A stretch of 53,536 nt of DNA from a virus. Taxonomy: Duplodnaviria > Caudoviricetes. The DNA lies in IMG/VR virus record IMGVR_UViG_3300005812_000001, positions 1-53,536 of that record. One strand, 5' to 3'. Positions within the stretch are counted from its first letter, which is position 1; every line of letters starts with the position of its first letter. The notes beneath the pieces are model-generated. The model saw only the letters and a program-made list of their open reading frames with translations. It was not told the DNA's origin and made no database searches. Below are positions 36,288 to 46,100 of this stretch, one piece after another. A program made the translations under genes and the position numbers.

Positions 36288-36679
36288 GCTTCCTGACTGA
36301 TGTAAGCGGTTTCGTAGAAAGGGCATCTGAAGCTCTGAACAAGACTGCTACACAGGTGGAAATTGAGGTCATGACCCTGGTGATTATTCGGTCGCCGGTG
36401 GATTCAGGTCGATTCCGTGGAAACTGGCAGACCAGTGTTGGTTCTGCGATCACCGGTGAAATTGACCGGCTTGGGGCTCAGCCCTCAATCGAGGAAATGC
36501 AGTCAGTGGTGAGGGCATTGAGGGGAGGGCGGGTGTCCTTCATCTCCAACAACCTGCCGTATGCCAGCCGGCTTGAGTTTGATGGATGGTCGGACCAGGC
36601 CCCACACGGCATGGTTCGCCGTACTGTATCCGAGTACCAGAAAATCGTTGATAACGCCGCGAGGAAAAACCGCATATGA
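36284..36679 (+). CDS. HK97 gp10-like tail completion protein
   Basis: SPVDSGRFRGNW..NNLPYA..SDQAPHGMV. Confidence 0.85.
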   Translation: MSFLTDVSGFVERASEALNKTATQVEIEVMTLVIIRSPVDSGRFRGNWQTSVGSAITGEIDRLGAQPSIEEMQSVVRALRGGRVSFISNNLPYASRLEFDGWSDQAPHGMVRRTVSEYQKIVDNAARKNRI

Positions 36680-37146
36680 GATTCCTCGACATCCGCAATG
36701 CCCTGGTGCTCAGCTGGATTGATGGTGACTTCGGTCTTGATACAGCCTATCCCAATAAAAAGCATTCACCGGGCACAGACCCTTGGGCAGGCCTTTTCGT
36801 GGTGCCGGCCCAGCCCGGTGTTTCCACCTTGGGTGATGAAGGCATGGACCGGCATGACGGATTCCTTCAGATCGACCTGAACTACCCTTTGGATTCCGGT
36901 GATCAGGCCGCGATTGGCCTGGCTGACAAGATTGCTCGCCGTTACAAAGCAGGCCAGCGCTTCGATGCCCCGGCACTGAGTGAAACCCTGAGCCTTGATT
37001 TCGTTGCTCAGGAATACCTGGTCTGGGACCCGCTGAAAGTCCTGATTCGCTCCTGCGGCTATGAACAGCCGCGCCAAGTACAGAACTGGTCCCGAACGAC
37101 AATGACGATTTATTACAGCGCCTGGGTCAGCCGGGCGACTGCTTAA
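36676..37146 (+). CDS. Tail terminator-like protein with a short insertion
   Basis: AYPN..GFLQIDL; precedes the tail tube gene. Confidence 0.75.
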   Translation: MRFLDIRNALVLSWIDGDFGLDTAYPNKKHSPGTDPWAGLFVVPAQPGVSTLGDEGMDRHDGFLQIDLNYPLDSGDQAAIGLADKIARRYKAGQRFDAPALSETLSLDFVAQEYLVWDPLKVLIRSCGYEQPRQVQNWSRTTMTIYYSAWVSRATA

Positions 37147-37154
37147 ACCCCACG

Positions 37155-37180
37155 GCCCGCCATTGAGCGGGCTTTTTTGT
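37155..37180 (+). terminator. Intrinsic terminator
   Basis: GCCCGC..GCGGGC-TTTTTT. Confidence 0.7.
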
Positions 37181-37202
37181 ATGTCCCGACTGGAGGTTCC
37201 CT

Positions 37203-38141
37203 ATGGGCTGCCCTGCAAATGGCTCTCGCCACTCTATGGCCCTGGTGGCCGAAACTGTTGCTGGTACCACTCCCGCAACTCCCGCTTTTACGCCGATTCG
37301 CCAAACCGGTACCACGCTGGCTCTGACCAAAGAGACCATCCAGTCTCAGGAGCTGCGTGCAGACCGGCAGATTGCGGACATGCGCCACGGCAACAAACAG
37401 ATCGGCGGCGATATTAGCTGCGAGCTGTCCTTTGGCGGCGCCTTCGACACCATGCTGGAGGCGGTGCTCTGTGGCACCTGGGAAGAAGATACCCCGAGCG
37501 CCGGCACGGATGAGCTGAAAGCTGGCGTTGTCCGCCGGCCGTTCACCATCGAGCGCCACTTTGCGGATATTGGCCAGTACCTGCGCTACAAGGGCTGCGA
37601 GTTCAATACCTGGAACCTGACGGTATCGCCGAACGCAATCATCACCAGCAACTTCGGGTTGGTTGGTCGTTCCATGGATGACCCTGCCCAGACCGCTATC
37701 GCTGGCGCCACCTACGATGCGGGGACCACATCCAGCCCGTTCGACAGCTTCTCCGGAACCATCGAGGAAGGTGGTGCAGCTATTGCGATCATCACCGAGC
37801 TGTCCCTGACGCTGGAAAACGGTCTGACTCCGTTGTTCGTGGTCGGATCTGATACCGCCGAATGCGTCAGCATCGCCCGCTCGAATCTGTCTGGCTCAGT
37901 CACGGCCTGGTTCGAGTCCGAAGCGCTCTACGAGAAATTCCTCAATGAGACGGAATCCAGCCTGGAATTCACCCTGAGTGATGGCGCCAACGCCTACGCA
38001 TTCACGCTGCCGCGCATCAAGTACAACAGCGGCCAGCCGGACGTGAGCGGCGAAGGTGAAGTGACCATCTCCATGGACCTGATGGCGCTCTATGACGCAA
38101 CCGAAGAGAGCCAAATTGTAATCACGAAAGGTGCCGCGTAA
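37203..38141 (+). CDS. Tail tube (major tail) protein
   Basis: AETVAGTTP..SQELRADRQ..FTIERHF. Confidence 0.88.
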   Translation: MGCPANGSRHSMALVAETVAGTTPATPAFTPIRQTGTTLALTKETIQSQELRADRQIADMRHGNKQIGGDISCELSFGGAFDTMLEAVLCGTWEEDTPSAGTDELKAGVVRRPFTIERHFADIGQYLRYKGCEFNTWNLTVSPNAIITSNFGLVGRSMDDPAQTAIAGATYDAGTTSSPFDSFSGTIEEGGAAIAIITELSLTLENGLTPLFVVGSDTAECVSIARSNLSGSVTAWFESEALYEKFLNETESSLEFTLSDGANAYAFTLPRIKYNSGQPDVSGEGEVTISMDLMALYDATEESQIVITKGAA

Positions 38142-38536
38142 TGGTAGGAATGGATGCGTTTTTTACCCGGGATAAGGCAAACAAGGGCATCAAGGTGCCC
38201 TTGCGCACCCCGGAAGGAAAAGAAACCGAGCACTTCCTGGTGATCCGATCCCAGTGGTCCGATGACTTCCAGAAGGCCAAGGCAGAGGCCTATCGGGACG
38301 AGTTTGCGGCCATCGCGGGCAAGGGCGAGGTGAAAGCAGAAGATCGCACAGTGATTCTCGCGGCTGCCCTGGTGGCCGACTGGTCCTTTGACGAGGAATG
38401 CACCCCGGAAAACGTGCAGAATCTGTTGCGTAATGCGCCCCAACTGCGGGACATGATTGACCGCTACGCCTCCAACGATGCCCGTTTTTTCACGAAACCG
38501 TCCAGCGACTCTACGACTGGGCGGAAGGGCAAATAG
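38141..38536 (+). CDS. Tail assembly chaperone G
   Basis: LVADWSFDEECTPEN; slippery site near the 3' end. Confidence 0.85.
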   Translation: MVGMDAFFTRDKANKGIKVPLRTPEGKETEHFLVIRSQWSDDFQKAKAEAYRDEFAAIAGKGEVKAEDRTVILAAALVADWSFDEECTPENVQNLLRNAPQLRDMIDRYASNDARFFTKPSSDSTTGRKGK

Positions 38537-38835
38537 CCCTCGACTTACCCGACGCCAAGACCGGCACCAGTCAGCGAGAACGACTGGAGCAGGTCTGGAA
38601 GCAAACCGGCAAGAAACCCAAGAGCCTGAAGATTGAGTCCCCCCCGGAAGGTATGGAGTACCTCTGGGGGTGGTTCTGTCAGCTGGGCGATTGCACTTTC
38701 ACCGAGATCCACCACTGGGCAGCACTGAAGCAGATCCACCTCATCCCCTGGGAAGTGGACGTGCTGCGTCGTCTGGATCAAATCAGAGCGAAGGCCTGGC
38801 ATGACCGAAACGGCAAGACTGGTACTGGCGGTTGA
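38485..38835 (+). other. Programmed -1 frameshift giving the G-T chaperone
   Basis: T TTT TTC at 38485..38491; the -1 frame is open (FFHETVQRLYDW..MEYLWGWF..) to the stop at 38835. Confidence 0.85.
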
Positions 38836-41701
38836 TAGTACTGATGTTGATCGGGGCGCGAGCTCTCTGGATAAGATTGGCCGTCAGGCTGAGCGCACAG
38901 AGGGGAAAACGACCCGTGCAACTGACCAGATGTCCGGCGGATTCAGGGCCATGGGCGCTGCAATTGCTGCCGTGGCAGGCTCTGCTGCACTGCGCAAGAT
39001 CGTCGGAGACCTAGCCTCATTCGACCAAGCCATGCGCGGCGTTCAATCCGTATCTGGCGCCACTGCCGAGCAGATGGCGGCACTGGAGGATCAGGCCCGA
39101 ACGCTTGGCGCAACGAGCGTTTTCTCTGCTCAGCAGTCTGCCGAGGCTCAGAAGTTTCTGGCACAGGCGGGCTTCGAGGTTAACGAGGTCATGTCTGCCA
39201 CGCCGGGCATCCTGGAGCTTGCGGCGGCGGCTGGCATGGACTTGGGCTCCGCTGCCGACCTTGCTTCCAACGCGCTGTCAGGCTTCCGGCTTGAGGCGAC
39301 AGAGCTGGGGCGGGTTAATGACGTACTGGCGGCCACTGCCGCAAGTGCGAACACGGACGTAATGCAGCTCGGGCAGGCTCTGTCCTTTGCAGCGCCAATT
39401 GCCACGACCGCAGGCGTTTCGATTGAGCAAACGGCGGCAGCCATCGGCGCCTTGTCCGACTCGGGCATTCAGGCATCCCGCGCCGGCACCGGTTTCGTGG
39501 GGTTCATCCGCCAGCTTTCCAACTTAACGCCCCAGGCAGCTGCGGCGCTTGAGTCATACGGCGTTAGCCTTGAGCAAGTGGACATTACCACGCAGGGATT
39601 GCAGCCGGTCATTGATCGTCTGGCTGAGGCGAATATCTCCACAGCCGACGCCTTCAAGATTTTTGGCTCTGAGGCCGGCGCGGCGGCTCAAGTGCTGCTT
39701 GGCTCCAGTGAGCGGGTATCTGAGCTGACCACCACGCTGTCCGGTGCTGAAGGCGCGGCCAGTAAAATGGCCTCTATCTTGGGCGGCGGCCTGGCCGGCT
39801 CGATGAAGGCGTTTGGCAGCGCGTCTGCTGAGGCAGTCCTGCAGCTTGGAGACGGCGGCGTGGGCGGCGCACTTGAGTCGCTTATCGACACCGCCACAGG
39901 GGTAATCAGCGTTTACAACGGCATGCTTCCCCAGTTTGCCGAGGCCAACGACCTCAGCGCCGAGCAGGCCGCCAACCTGGAGAATCTGGCCGGGGCAGTC
40001 CAAGTCATTGCGGCAGCAGCAGGCGGGTATGCGGGCTACACCCTCGCAGTGAAAGGCGCCACAGTCGCCATGGTTGCATTCAACGCAGCCACCCGTGCCA
40101 ATCCTGTCGGCCTTATCGTCAGCGGCCTCGCAGCAGCTTCGGCAGCCATCGGGGTATTCGGTAGTGGCACGGACGACGCCTCCAAGGCGGTTGCGCAATT
40201 CCGCCGGGAGCTGGACCAGACGGCTCCGTCCCTCGCCATGATGGTCACCAAGTACAGGGAGCTGAACGAGGTCCAGCGCGAAGGGCTGCGCATTGAGTGG
40301 GCGGAACAGCAGCGCGTTGCGGCGCAGGCGGTGGAGGCGGCATTTTATGACCTGCAAGTCGCCGCTCAGGATTCGCTGGATTTTGAGCTGTTCGACCGTG
40401 AAGGGAACCGTGAAAATATAGCGTCACTTCGAGAATTCTCCGCCGAAATGATGGCAGCCCGCGAAGAGGGCGAGAGCCTTCTGCCGCTGGTGAACGAGTT
40501 CGCAGAGGCTAATGGATTAAGCCCGGAAGTGGCGGACGGATTGCGCCGTTTCGTGGTCGAAATGGACAAAGCCGAAACGAAGGCGCTGAGCTTCGAGCGA
40601 GTCTTGAGCAGCCTTGGCGGCACCGCAGCCAGTACATTCACGGATGCAGCCAAGTCCGCCAGGTACGCATCCGAAATCTTGGATGAAATGAGTGGCGGGA
40701 ATGATCTGGGAAGCGATTCCGGCGGCACCGACGCCATCCAGAAGCGCATCGACGCCCTGAACCTTGAAGCCCAGACCCTGGGCATGACCGCCACCCAGGC
40801 GGATCTATACAAGCTGAAGATTGACGGGGCCAACCAGAGTCAACTTGCAGCGGCTATGGCGGCATACGCGACTATCGATGCCTATGGTGCTGAAAAGGAA
40901 GCCATCGAGGCCAATCTTGAATCCCGGCGTGCAGCCGCTGAAATCATCGCCGAGATAGAAAGAGAGCGCTCGGAAAGGCTTGATCGCGGTGAACAGCTCA
41001 TTGAGCAGTACATGACTGAAGAGGATCTGCTCCGTCTTCATCATGAAAGCCGGCTCCAGATTCTAGAGAATGCTCGAGAGGCTGACTTTGAGAATCAGGC
41101 TCGCTGGAATGCTGCTATAGAGCAGGAAAATAGCCGATTCAATGATGCCATGGAGGGCATGGACAGGGCCCGATGGATTGCACAGGCAAGCCTGGCGGCG
41201 TCGGGTCTGTCGGAAATCACTGGGATGATGTCCAGTGAGAACCGGAAGATGTTTGAAATCGGGAAAGCAGCAGCAATTGCTCAGACCCTCGTTAGCATCC
41301 CGGCTTCTGCGCAAAAAGCATACGACTCTATGGTTGGCATTCCATATGTTGGCCCGGCCTTGGGCGCGGCCGCAGCTGCCGCAGCCATCATTGCCGGTGG
41401 CGCGCGCCTCCAGGCTATCAAGTCAGCCCAGTTCGGCAGTGGCGGTTCGGCGGGTGGCGGTGGTGGCGGGGGTATCTCCGGTGGTGTGCAGACCGTTCCC
41501 GCTGCTCCGGCTCCGGTGCAGCTGGATGGCAGCGGAGGAGGAAGCGGGGTGACCATCAACTTTCAAGGCCCGGTAACTGGTCTGGATGAGGATAGCCTTA
41601 CAGATGCTCTGGTTGGGAAGTTGGGGGAGAGGATTAACGATCTTGATTACGTTCTGATCAACAGATCCAGCCGCCAAGGGAGGGAGTTGGCCGGAAACTG
41701 A
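38801..41701 (+). CDS. Tape measure protein
   Basis: 966 aa, Ala-rich; TP901-type core. Confidence 0.93.
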   Translation: MTETARLVLAVDSTDVDRGASSLDKIGRQAERTEGKTTRATDQMSGGFRAMGAAIAAVAGSAALRKIVGDLASFDQAMRGVQSVSGATAEQMAALEDQARTLGATSVFSAQQSAEAQKFLAQAGFEVNEVMSATPGILELAAAAGMDLGSAADLASNALSGFRLEATELGRVNDVLAATAASANTDVMQLGQALSFAAPIATTAGVSIEQTAAAIGALSDSGIQASRAGTGFVGFIRQLSNLTPQAAAALESYGVSLEQVDITTQGLQPVIDRLAEANISTADAFKIFGSEAGAAAQVLLGSSERVSELTTTLSGAEGAASKMASILGGGLAGSMKAFGSASAEAVLQLGDGGVGGALESLIDTATGVISVYNGMLPQFAEANDLSAEQAANLENLAGAVQVIAAAAGGYAGYTLAVKGATVAMVAFNAATRANPVGLIVSGLAAASAAIGVFGSGTDDASKAVAQFRRELDQTAPSLAMMVTKYRELNEVQREGLRIEWAEQQRVAAQAVEAAFYDLQVAAQDSLDFELFDREGNRENIASLREFSAEMMAAREEGESLLPLVNEFAEANGLSPEVADGLRRFVVEMDKAETKALSFERVLSSLGGTAASTFTDAAKSARYASEILDEMSGGNDLGSDSGGTDAIQKRIDALNLEAQTLGMTATQADLYKLKIDGANQSQLAAAMAAYATIDAYGAEKEAIEANLESRRAAAEIIAEIERERSERLDRGEQLIEQYMTEEDLLRLHHESRLQILENAREADFENQARWNAAIEQENSRFNDAMEGMDRARWIAQASLAASGLSEITGMMSSENRKMFEIGKAAAIAQTLVSIPASAQKAYDSMVGIPYVGPALGAAAAAAAIIAGGARLQAIKSAQFGSGGSAGGGGGGGISGGVQTVPAAPAPVQLDGSGGGSGVTINFQGPVTGLDEDSLTDALVGKLGERINDLDYVLINRSSRQGRELAGN

Positions 41702-41739
41702 GCACCGGTTAGTATGATTCCGAAATAACGGAGGGAATC

Positions 41740-42300
41740 ATGCGGATTATAATTTCAGCCATTCTGGCCTTGTTGCTTGCTGCGTGCGGTGGGTTGAAGC
41801 CCGGGGCCATATCGGTAAATGAAAAATTGCCGGCAATGGATTACAACAGCATCAGCAATCAGTATTCCGAGAGGCATACGCAGATTGCGGTACAAGGCGT
41901 GGTCGGCGGCGAAGATGTCTTAACTGTTTGGATGGATTCGTACAGGCCTAGTGATAGCTATTTCCAAAAGGTAATGTTTTCCAAGGATAAAATCGCTGCG
42001 TACACAAAATTGATTGATAAGTACCTTGAATGGTCGGATTTGGCAAAGCAGCGCGGCGACATGCTGGATAAAAAAATAGGATCAGAGTGGGGCCAGCCAG
42101 GAATGCGCAATAATTTTTCAATTTTCAGCGGTTCACCTGATAAACAGCTTTTGGTGATAACTCCTTGCATGTCAATGGGATGTGGAGATAAGGCGAGGCC
42201 ACAATACTATGACCGGGACGGAGCGATTCAGCTTCGTCAGCTGCTCGTAAAATTCTATAACGATAAGTTGAAGATTACCGATGATTCGGTTTACCAATAG
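41740..42300 (+). CDS. Moron lipoprotein 1
   Basis: Lipobox LLAAC; AT-richer than flanks. Confidence 0.8.
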   Translation: MRIIISAILALLLAACGGLKPGAISVNEKLPAMDYNSISNQYSERHTQIAVQGVVGGEDVLTVWMDSYRPSDSYFQKVMFSKDKIAAYTKLIDKYLEWSDLAKQRGDMLDKKIGSEWGQPGMRNNFSIFSGSPDKQLLVITPCMSMGCGDKARPQYYDRDGAIQLRQLLVKFYNDKLKITDDSVYQ

Positions 42301-42727
42301 TGTCCCGCTCGGAATGCTGGTTTTCCTGATTGCGCCAGCACTTACCGCATGCAAATTATCTTGGGAAATGCCGGACGCAAGTAAATACATTCACGCTCAG
42401 GCAAAACAGGTTCCCGCCTACGCTGTGGGAACCTGGACGGGCGGGATGGGACCATTCGTGATGACCATGCAGGTGGATGCCGGCGGCACAGCGGTGATCT
42501 GCCACTCTTCGGGCCATAAAGAGGCTACAGGCAAGGCCAAGCATAAGGATGGCGTTTTTTATTTTTCTGATGGCGGCTATGCAGAGTTAAGGCAGGGTGC
42601 ATCAGGAGAGCCAGAGTTGGTTTTGTCGGGGGATGATAACTTGCTATCTCAACTCCGAGAGGATTCAAGTCTCACCCTAGCAACCCCGTATTGCGCCAAG
42701 TTTTTCACGGAATTAGACGCCCAGTAA
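42281..42727 (+). CDS. Moron lipoprotein 2
   Basis: Lipobox ALTAC. Confidence 0.7.
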   Translation: MIRFTNSVPLGMLVFLIAPALTACKLSWEMPDASKYIHAQAKQVPAYAVGTWTGGMGPFVMTMQVDAGGTAVICHSSGHKEATGKAKHKDGVFYFSDGGYAELRQGASGEPELVLSGDDNLLSQLREDSSLTLATPYCAKFFTELDAQ

Positions 42728-42743
42728 CAGACTCAACCCCAAG

Positions 42744-42767
42744 AAACCCGCTACGGCGGGTTTTTTT
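42744..42767 (+). terminator. Intrinsic terminator closing the moron
   Basis: AAACCCGC-TACG-GCGGGTTTTTTT. Confidence 0.8.
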
Positions 42768-42782
42768 ATGCCTGGAGAAAAC

Positions 42783-43193
42783 ATGGCAGTAATCATCTAC
42801 ACGGCAAAGCGCGGCCTTGTTGCTGGGCATACTGCCGGCCAGCCCTATGAGCTGGAAGTGGGCATTGAGGGGGTTTCTCCAAGCTTCAATCGTGAGGAAA
42901 ACACGCTCACCACGCTGTCTGGCAAGGACTTCACCACCTTCTACCGCATCGAGGAGCGGGACAGCTTCAGCACGGTGGCCATTAATGATGTGACGCTGCT
43001 TGCCCAGCTGCGTGAGTTCGTTATGTCCGTTGCAGCTGGTGAGCCCTTCACCATGGACCTAATGGGCGATCCAGGCAGCCCAGTGGCCCCGGTCAGCTAC
43101 AGATTGCGCGGCAACCCCAGCAAGCGCCTGGTTAACTCCGCCGGTTTCTACTCCTACTCATGGCAAGTGAAGGTATTCGATGAGAACGCATAA
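42783..43193 (+). CDS. Distal tail (Dit-like) protein
   Basis: Between TMP and the tail tip gene; GGAG RBS. Confidence 0.6.
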   Translation: MAVIIYTAKRGLVAGHTAGQPYELEVGIEGVSPSFNREENTLTTLSGKDFTTFYRIEERDSFSTVAINDVTLLAQLREFVMSVAAGEPFTMDLMGDPGSPVAPVSYRLRGNPSKRLVNSAGFYSYSWQVKVFDENA

Positions 43194-46100
43194 CAGCGCC
43201 TTTGGCACGCTGAATAATGGTGATGTGCGTGAGCCGCGTTTTGTTATCGAGTTCGACTTTGGCGACGGGGATTATCACTACTTCACCAGCCATGAGGTGG
43301 ATGGGCTTGCCGGCGCCAATGTGACCGATGGCGTGCTGACCCGCGTGGACAGCACCAGCCAGAAGCTGGACCCGGACAAGGCCAACAGCAAAATCGGCTC
43401 GATGACCGTTCGCATTGCGGATGAGGGTCTGACCGAGCTGCAGCAGGCCAAGCTGAACGACGACAAAGGCTTGCGTGGAAAGCGTGTGCGTTATTACGCG
43501 GGTTTCTTGGGCATCCCGTGGTCGTCTTTCGCCCTGGTGCAGACGCAACTGATCCAGGGTGCCTCTTACAAGGAGCTGGAATACACCTTCAAGTGCGCTG
43601 ACATCCAGCGGCAGATGCGTGATGACATCTTCGTCCTGAAGGAAACCACGCTCAGCAAGACCCTGGAGGCTGGCGCCACTGAAATTGAGCTGTATTCCGT
43701 CAATGGCCTGCAGCTGGTCAAGCAGCCTGTGAGCCCGTCCGGGCGGACGCTGGCCAGCGGTAAAAGCATCTGCCTGGTGCGACTGGAGGGTGAAAATGAC
43801 GCCTTTGAAATCGCCATGGCGGAGGAAGTGGACGAAAGCACCAACACGCTGAAGCAGGTGACCCGTGGCGTTCTGGGCACCACGCCGCTGACTATTGAGG
43901 TAGATCCAGACGAAAAGCGCGACAACGCGCCCAAGGTCACAGAATACGTCTACTTGGACATGCCAGCGCCGATGCTGGCCTATGCGCTGCTGACTGGCTC
44001 AATTTACGGCTATCCCGGCGAATACCTGCCAGATCACTGGCACATGGGCGTTGGTGCTGAGTTTATCCGCACGTCCGAGTACCTGAACATTGGGGCGGAC
44101 CTGTGGGATCTGGATAGCTTCGATGACGGGCTTTCTGCCTTGGTATCTGGGGTAGAGAAGGAGAGCGGTAAAAAGTTCATCGAAGAGCAGATTTTCCGCA
44201 TGATGGGCTGTTACGCGCCTATCTACTCGGATGGCCAGATTGGTCTGCGCCGGATGACGCTGATCCCTTCGCAGAGCGGCTACGTTCGCGAGCTGAACGA
44301 GGATCATGTTCTGTCCCCGGCAACCCTGACCCATGACATGGGCGGGATGATCAACGACATTCTGGTCTACTGGAACTGGAACCAACGCAAAGAGGCTTAC
44401 ACCCGCGTAAACCGGCTGCTGGATTCGGGCTCTATCGAGCGTAACGGTCAATCGGAAACCCTTGAGATTGAATTCCGTGCCCTGAGTGCCGAGCGCCACA
44501 CCTACACGACCATCAAGAACATTCTGGACAGCTTGCGGGATCGATACGCAGGGCCACCGCTTCGCCTGTCGCTAGACCTTTCCCCCGAAAACAACGTGCT
44601 GGAAGTGGGCGATATTGTCCGCGTGAATCTGGGCGGCATTAAGGACTACAGCACCGATCAGGTGGACGTGACCCTGAACCGTAACTTCGAGGTTCAGCAA
44701 GTCAAAGTGGACTGGCAGACCGGCAAGGTAACGGTTGACCTGTTTGGCTCCAGCCAGCGGGCCAGCGAATTACCGGTGGACCAGTTTGGGTCAGCGTTGC
44801 CGCTGAGCTGGTATCAGAGCGAAGGCACAGAAATCAGCGCGGCCAACTTCCCTGGTGCCGTGGTGGAGAGTGCCGGCGAACGCCACATCACGGCTGACAT
44901 TACCCTGGATGGCCATGCTTCGATTTCCGACGACACGGCCATTTACTGGTGCCCGGAGGATCTGACCATTGATGGGGGCGTTACCGTCACCCTCACCAAA
45001 AACGTGCAGCTTCGTGTGGCTGGTTACTTCCAAAACAACGGCACGCTGGACGGTCGTGGCCAGGGCCAGCCGGGTGGGGCTGGTGTTGATGAGATCACTA
45101 CAGACCCGTTTTATCAGGCTCAATACTTTAAGTGGGATACAGACAACAAGGGCCTGCCCGGGTATCTCCGAGCAGAATCATTGCCGCAAGCTGACGGGTT
45201 AATTACCCAGGCGAGCAATTTTGAGAATTACCGCTGGTATTACCGCTCCTACACCCCGAACCCTTATATCCAAATTATTGACTTCGATTTGCCGGGCTCG
45301 TTTGTTGATTTGGAGCCAGTTGGAGGCTTGGTGGTCAGTGCTGCGCGGACGGCACTGGAGGTGTCAGACGGTCAGCTGAAGGGGTTACCTGGCTATCTGT
45401 GGGGCGGCAGCGGGCACGGTGGCGGCGCTCTTTCCAAAATCCGGTCACCGCAGCTTCATCCTGGTGAGGGAATGCTTTACCTTGGCCCCGGTTCTGATGG
45501 CGGAAACTCCGGTGCCGGCCTCGCTATAATTTGCCGAGGCTTTGCTATTGGTGAAAACGGCCTGATTGATCTATCAGGTGGCGATGCGGAAACCCCGCCG
45601 AATTACTATCAGGCCAACAGCTGGTCGCGCGCCTATCCTGGCACTGGCGCCCCGGGCGGACCCGGTGCCCTCTACTTTGTCATGGATGGCGAAACGGCCA
45701 TTCCCGGCGACCTGACGGAATCAAACTTCCACGCATTTTATGGTGAAGCAGAGGTTCCAGGTTATCAGGGTACCCGTGGAGGCAATGGCTTGGGCTTTAT
45801 GGGGGCTACACTCCCGGGCGTTTATTCATTTTATGAAGGGTACAGCAACGAAATTGTTTCCCCGCTTTATAGCCCGCAGCCCACCCCGCTTAACGTGTGG
45901 CAGTCTGCCTATGTGGTCCATCAGCTTACTGGCACCATCGCGGTCACCCCGGACATTCCTGAAGAAACCGAAAACCCTGCATCGGTCACTATTGCCGAAC
46001 TGACCAACACCCCACGCAGCGCCAATGCCAATCTGTCCACGATTGAGGTGGCGATAGAGCCGCCGGGCGTGAGCAGCTACAAGTACGCCGTGGTGGAATA

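Noticed and set aside
38485-38491. Tail chaperone frameshift as a novelty
   Set aside because: It is real but is the standard lambda G-T mechanism; listed as a feature only.
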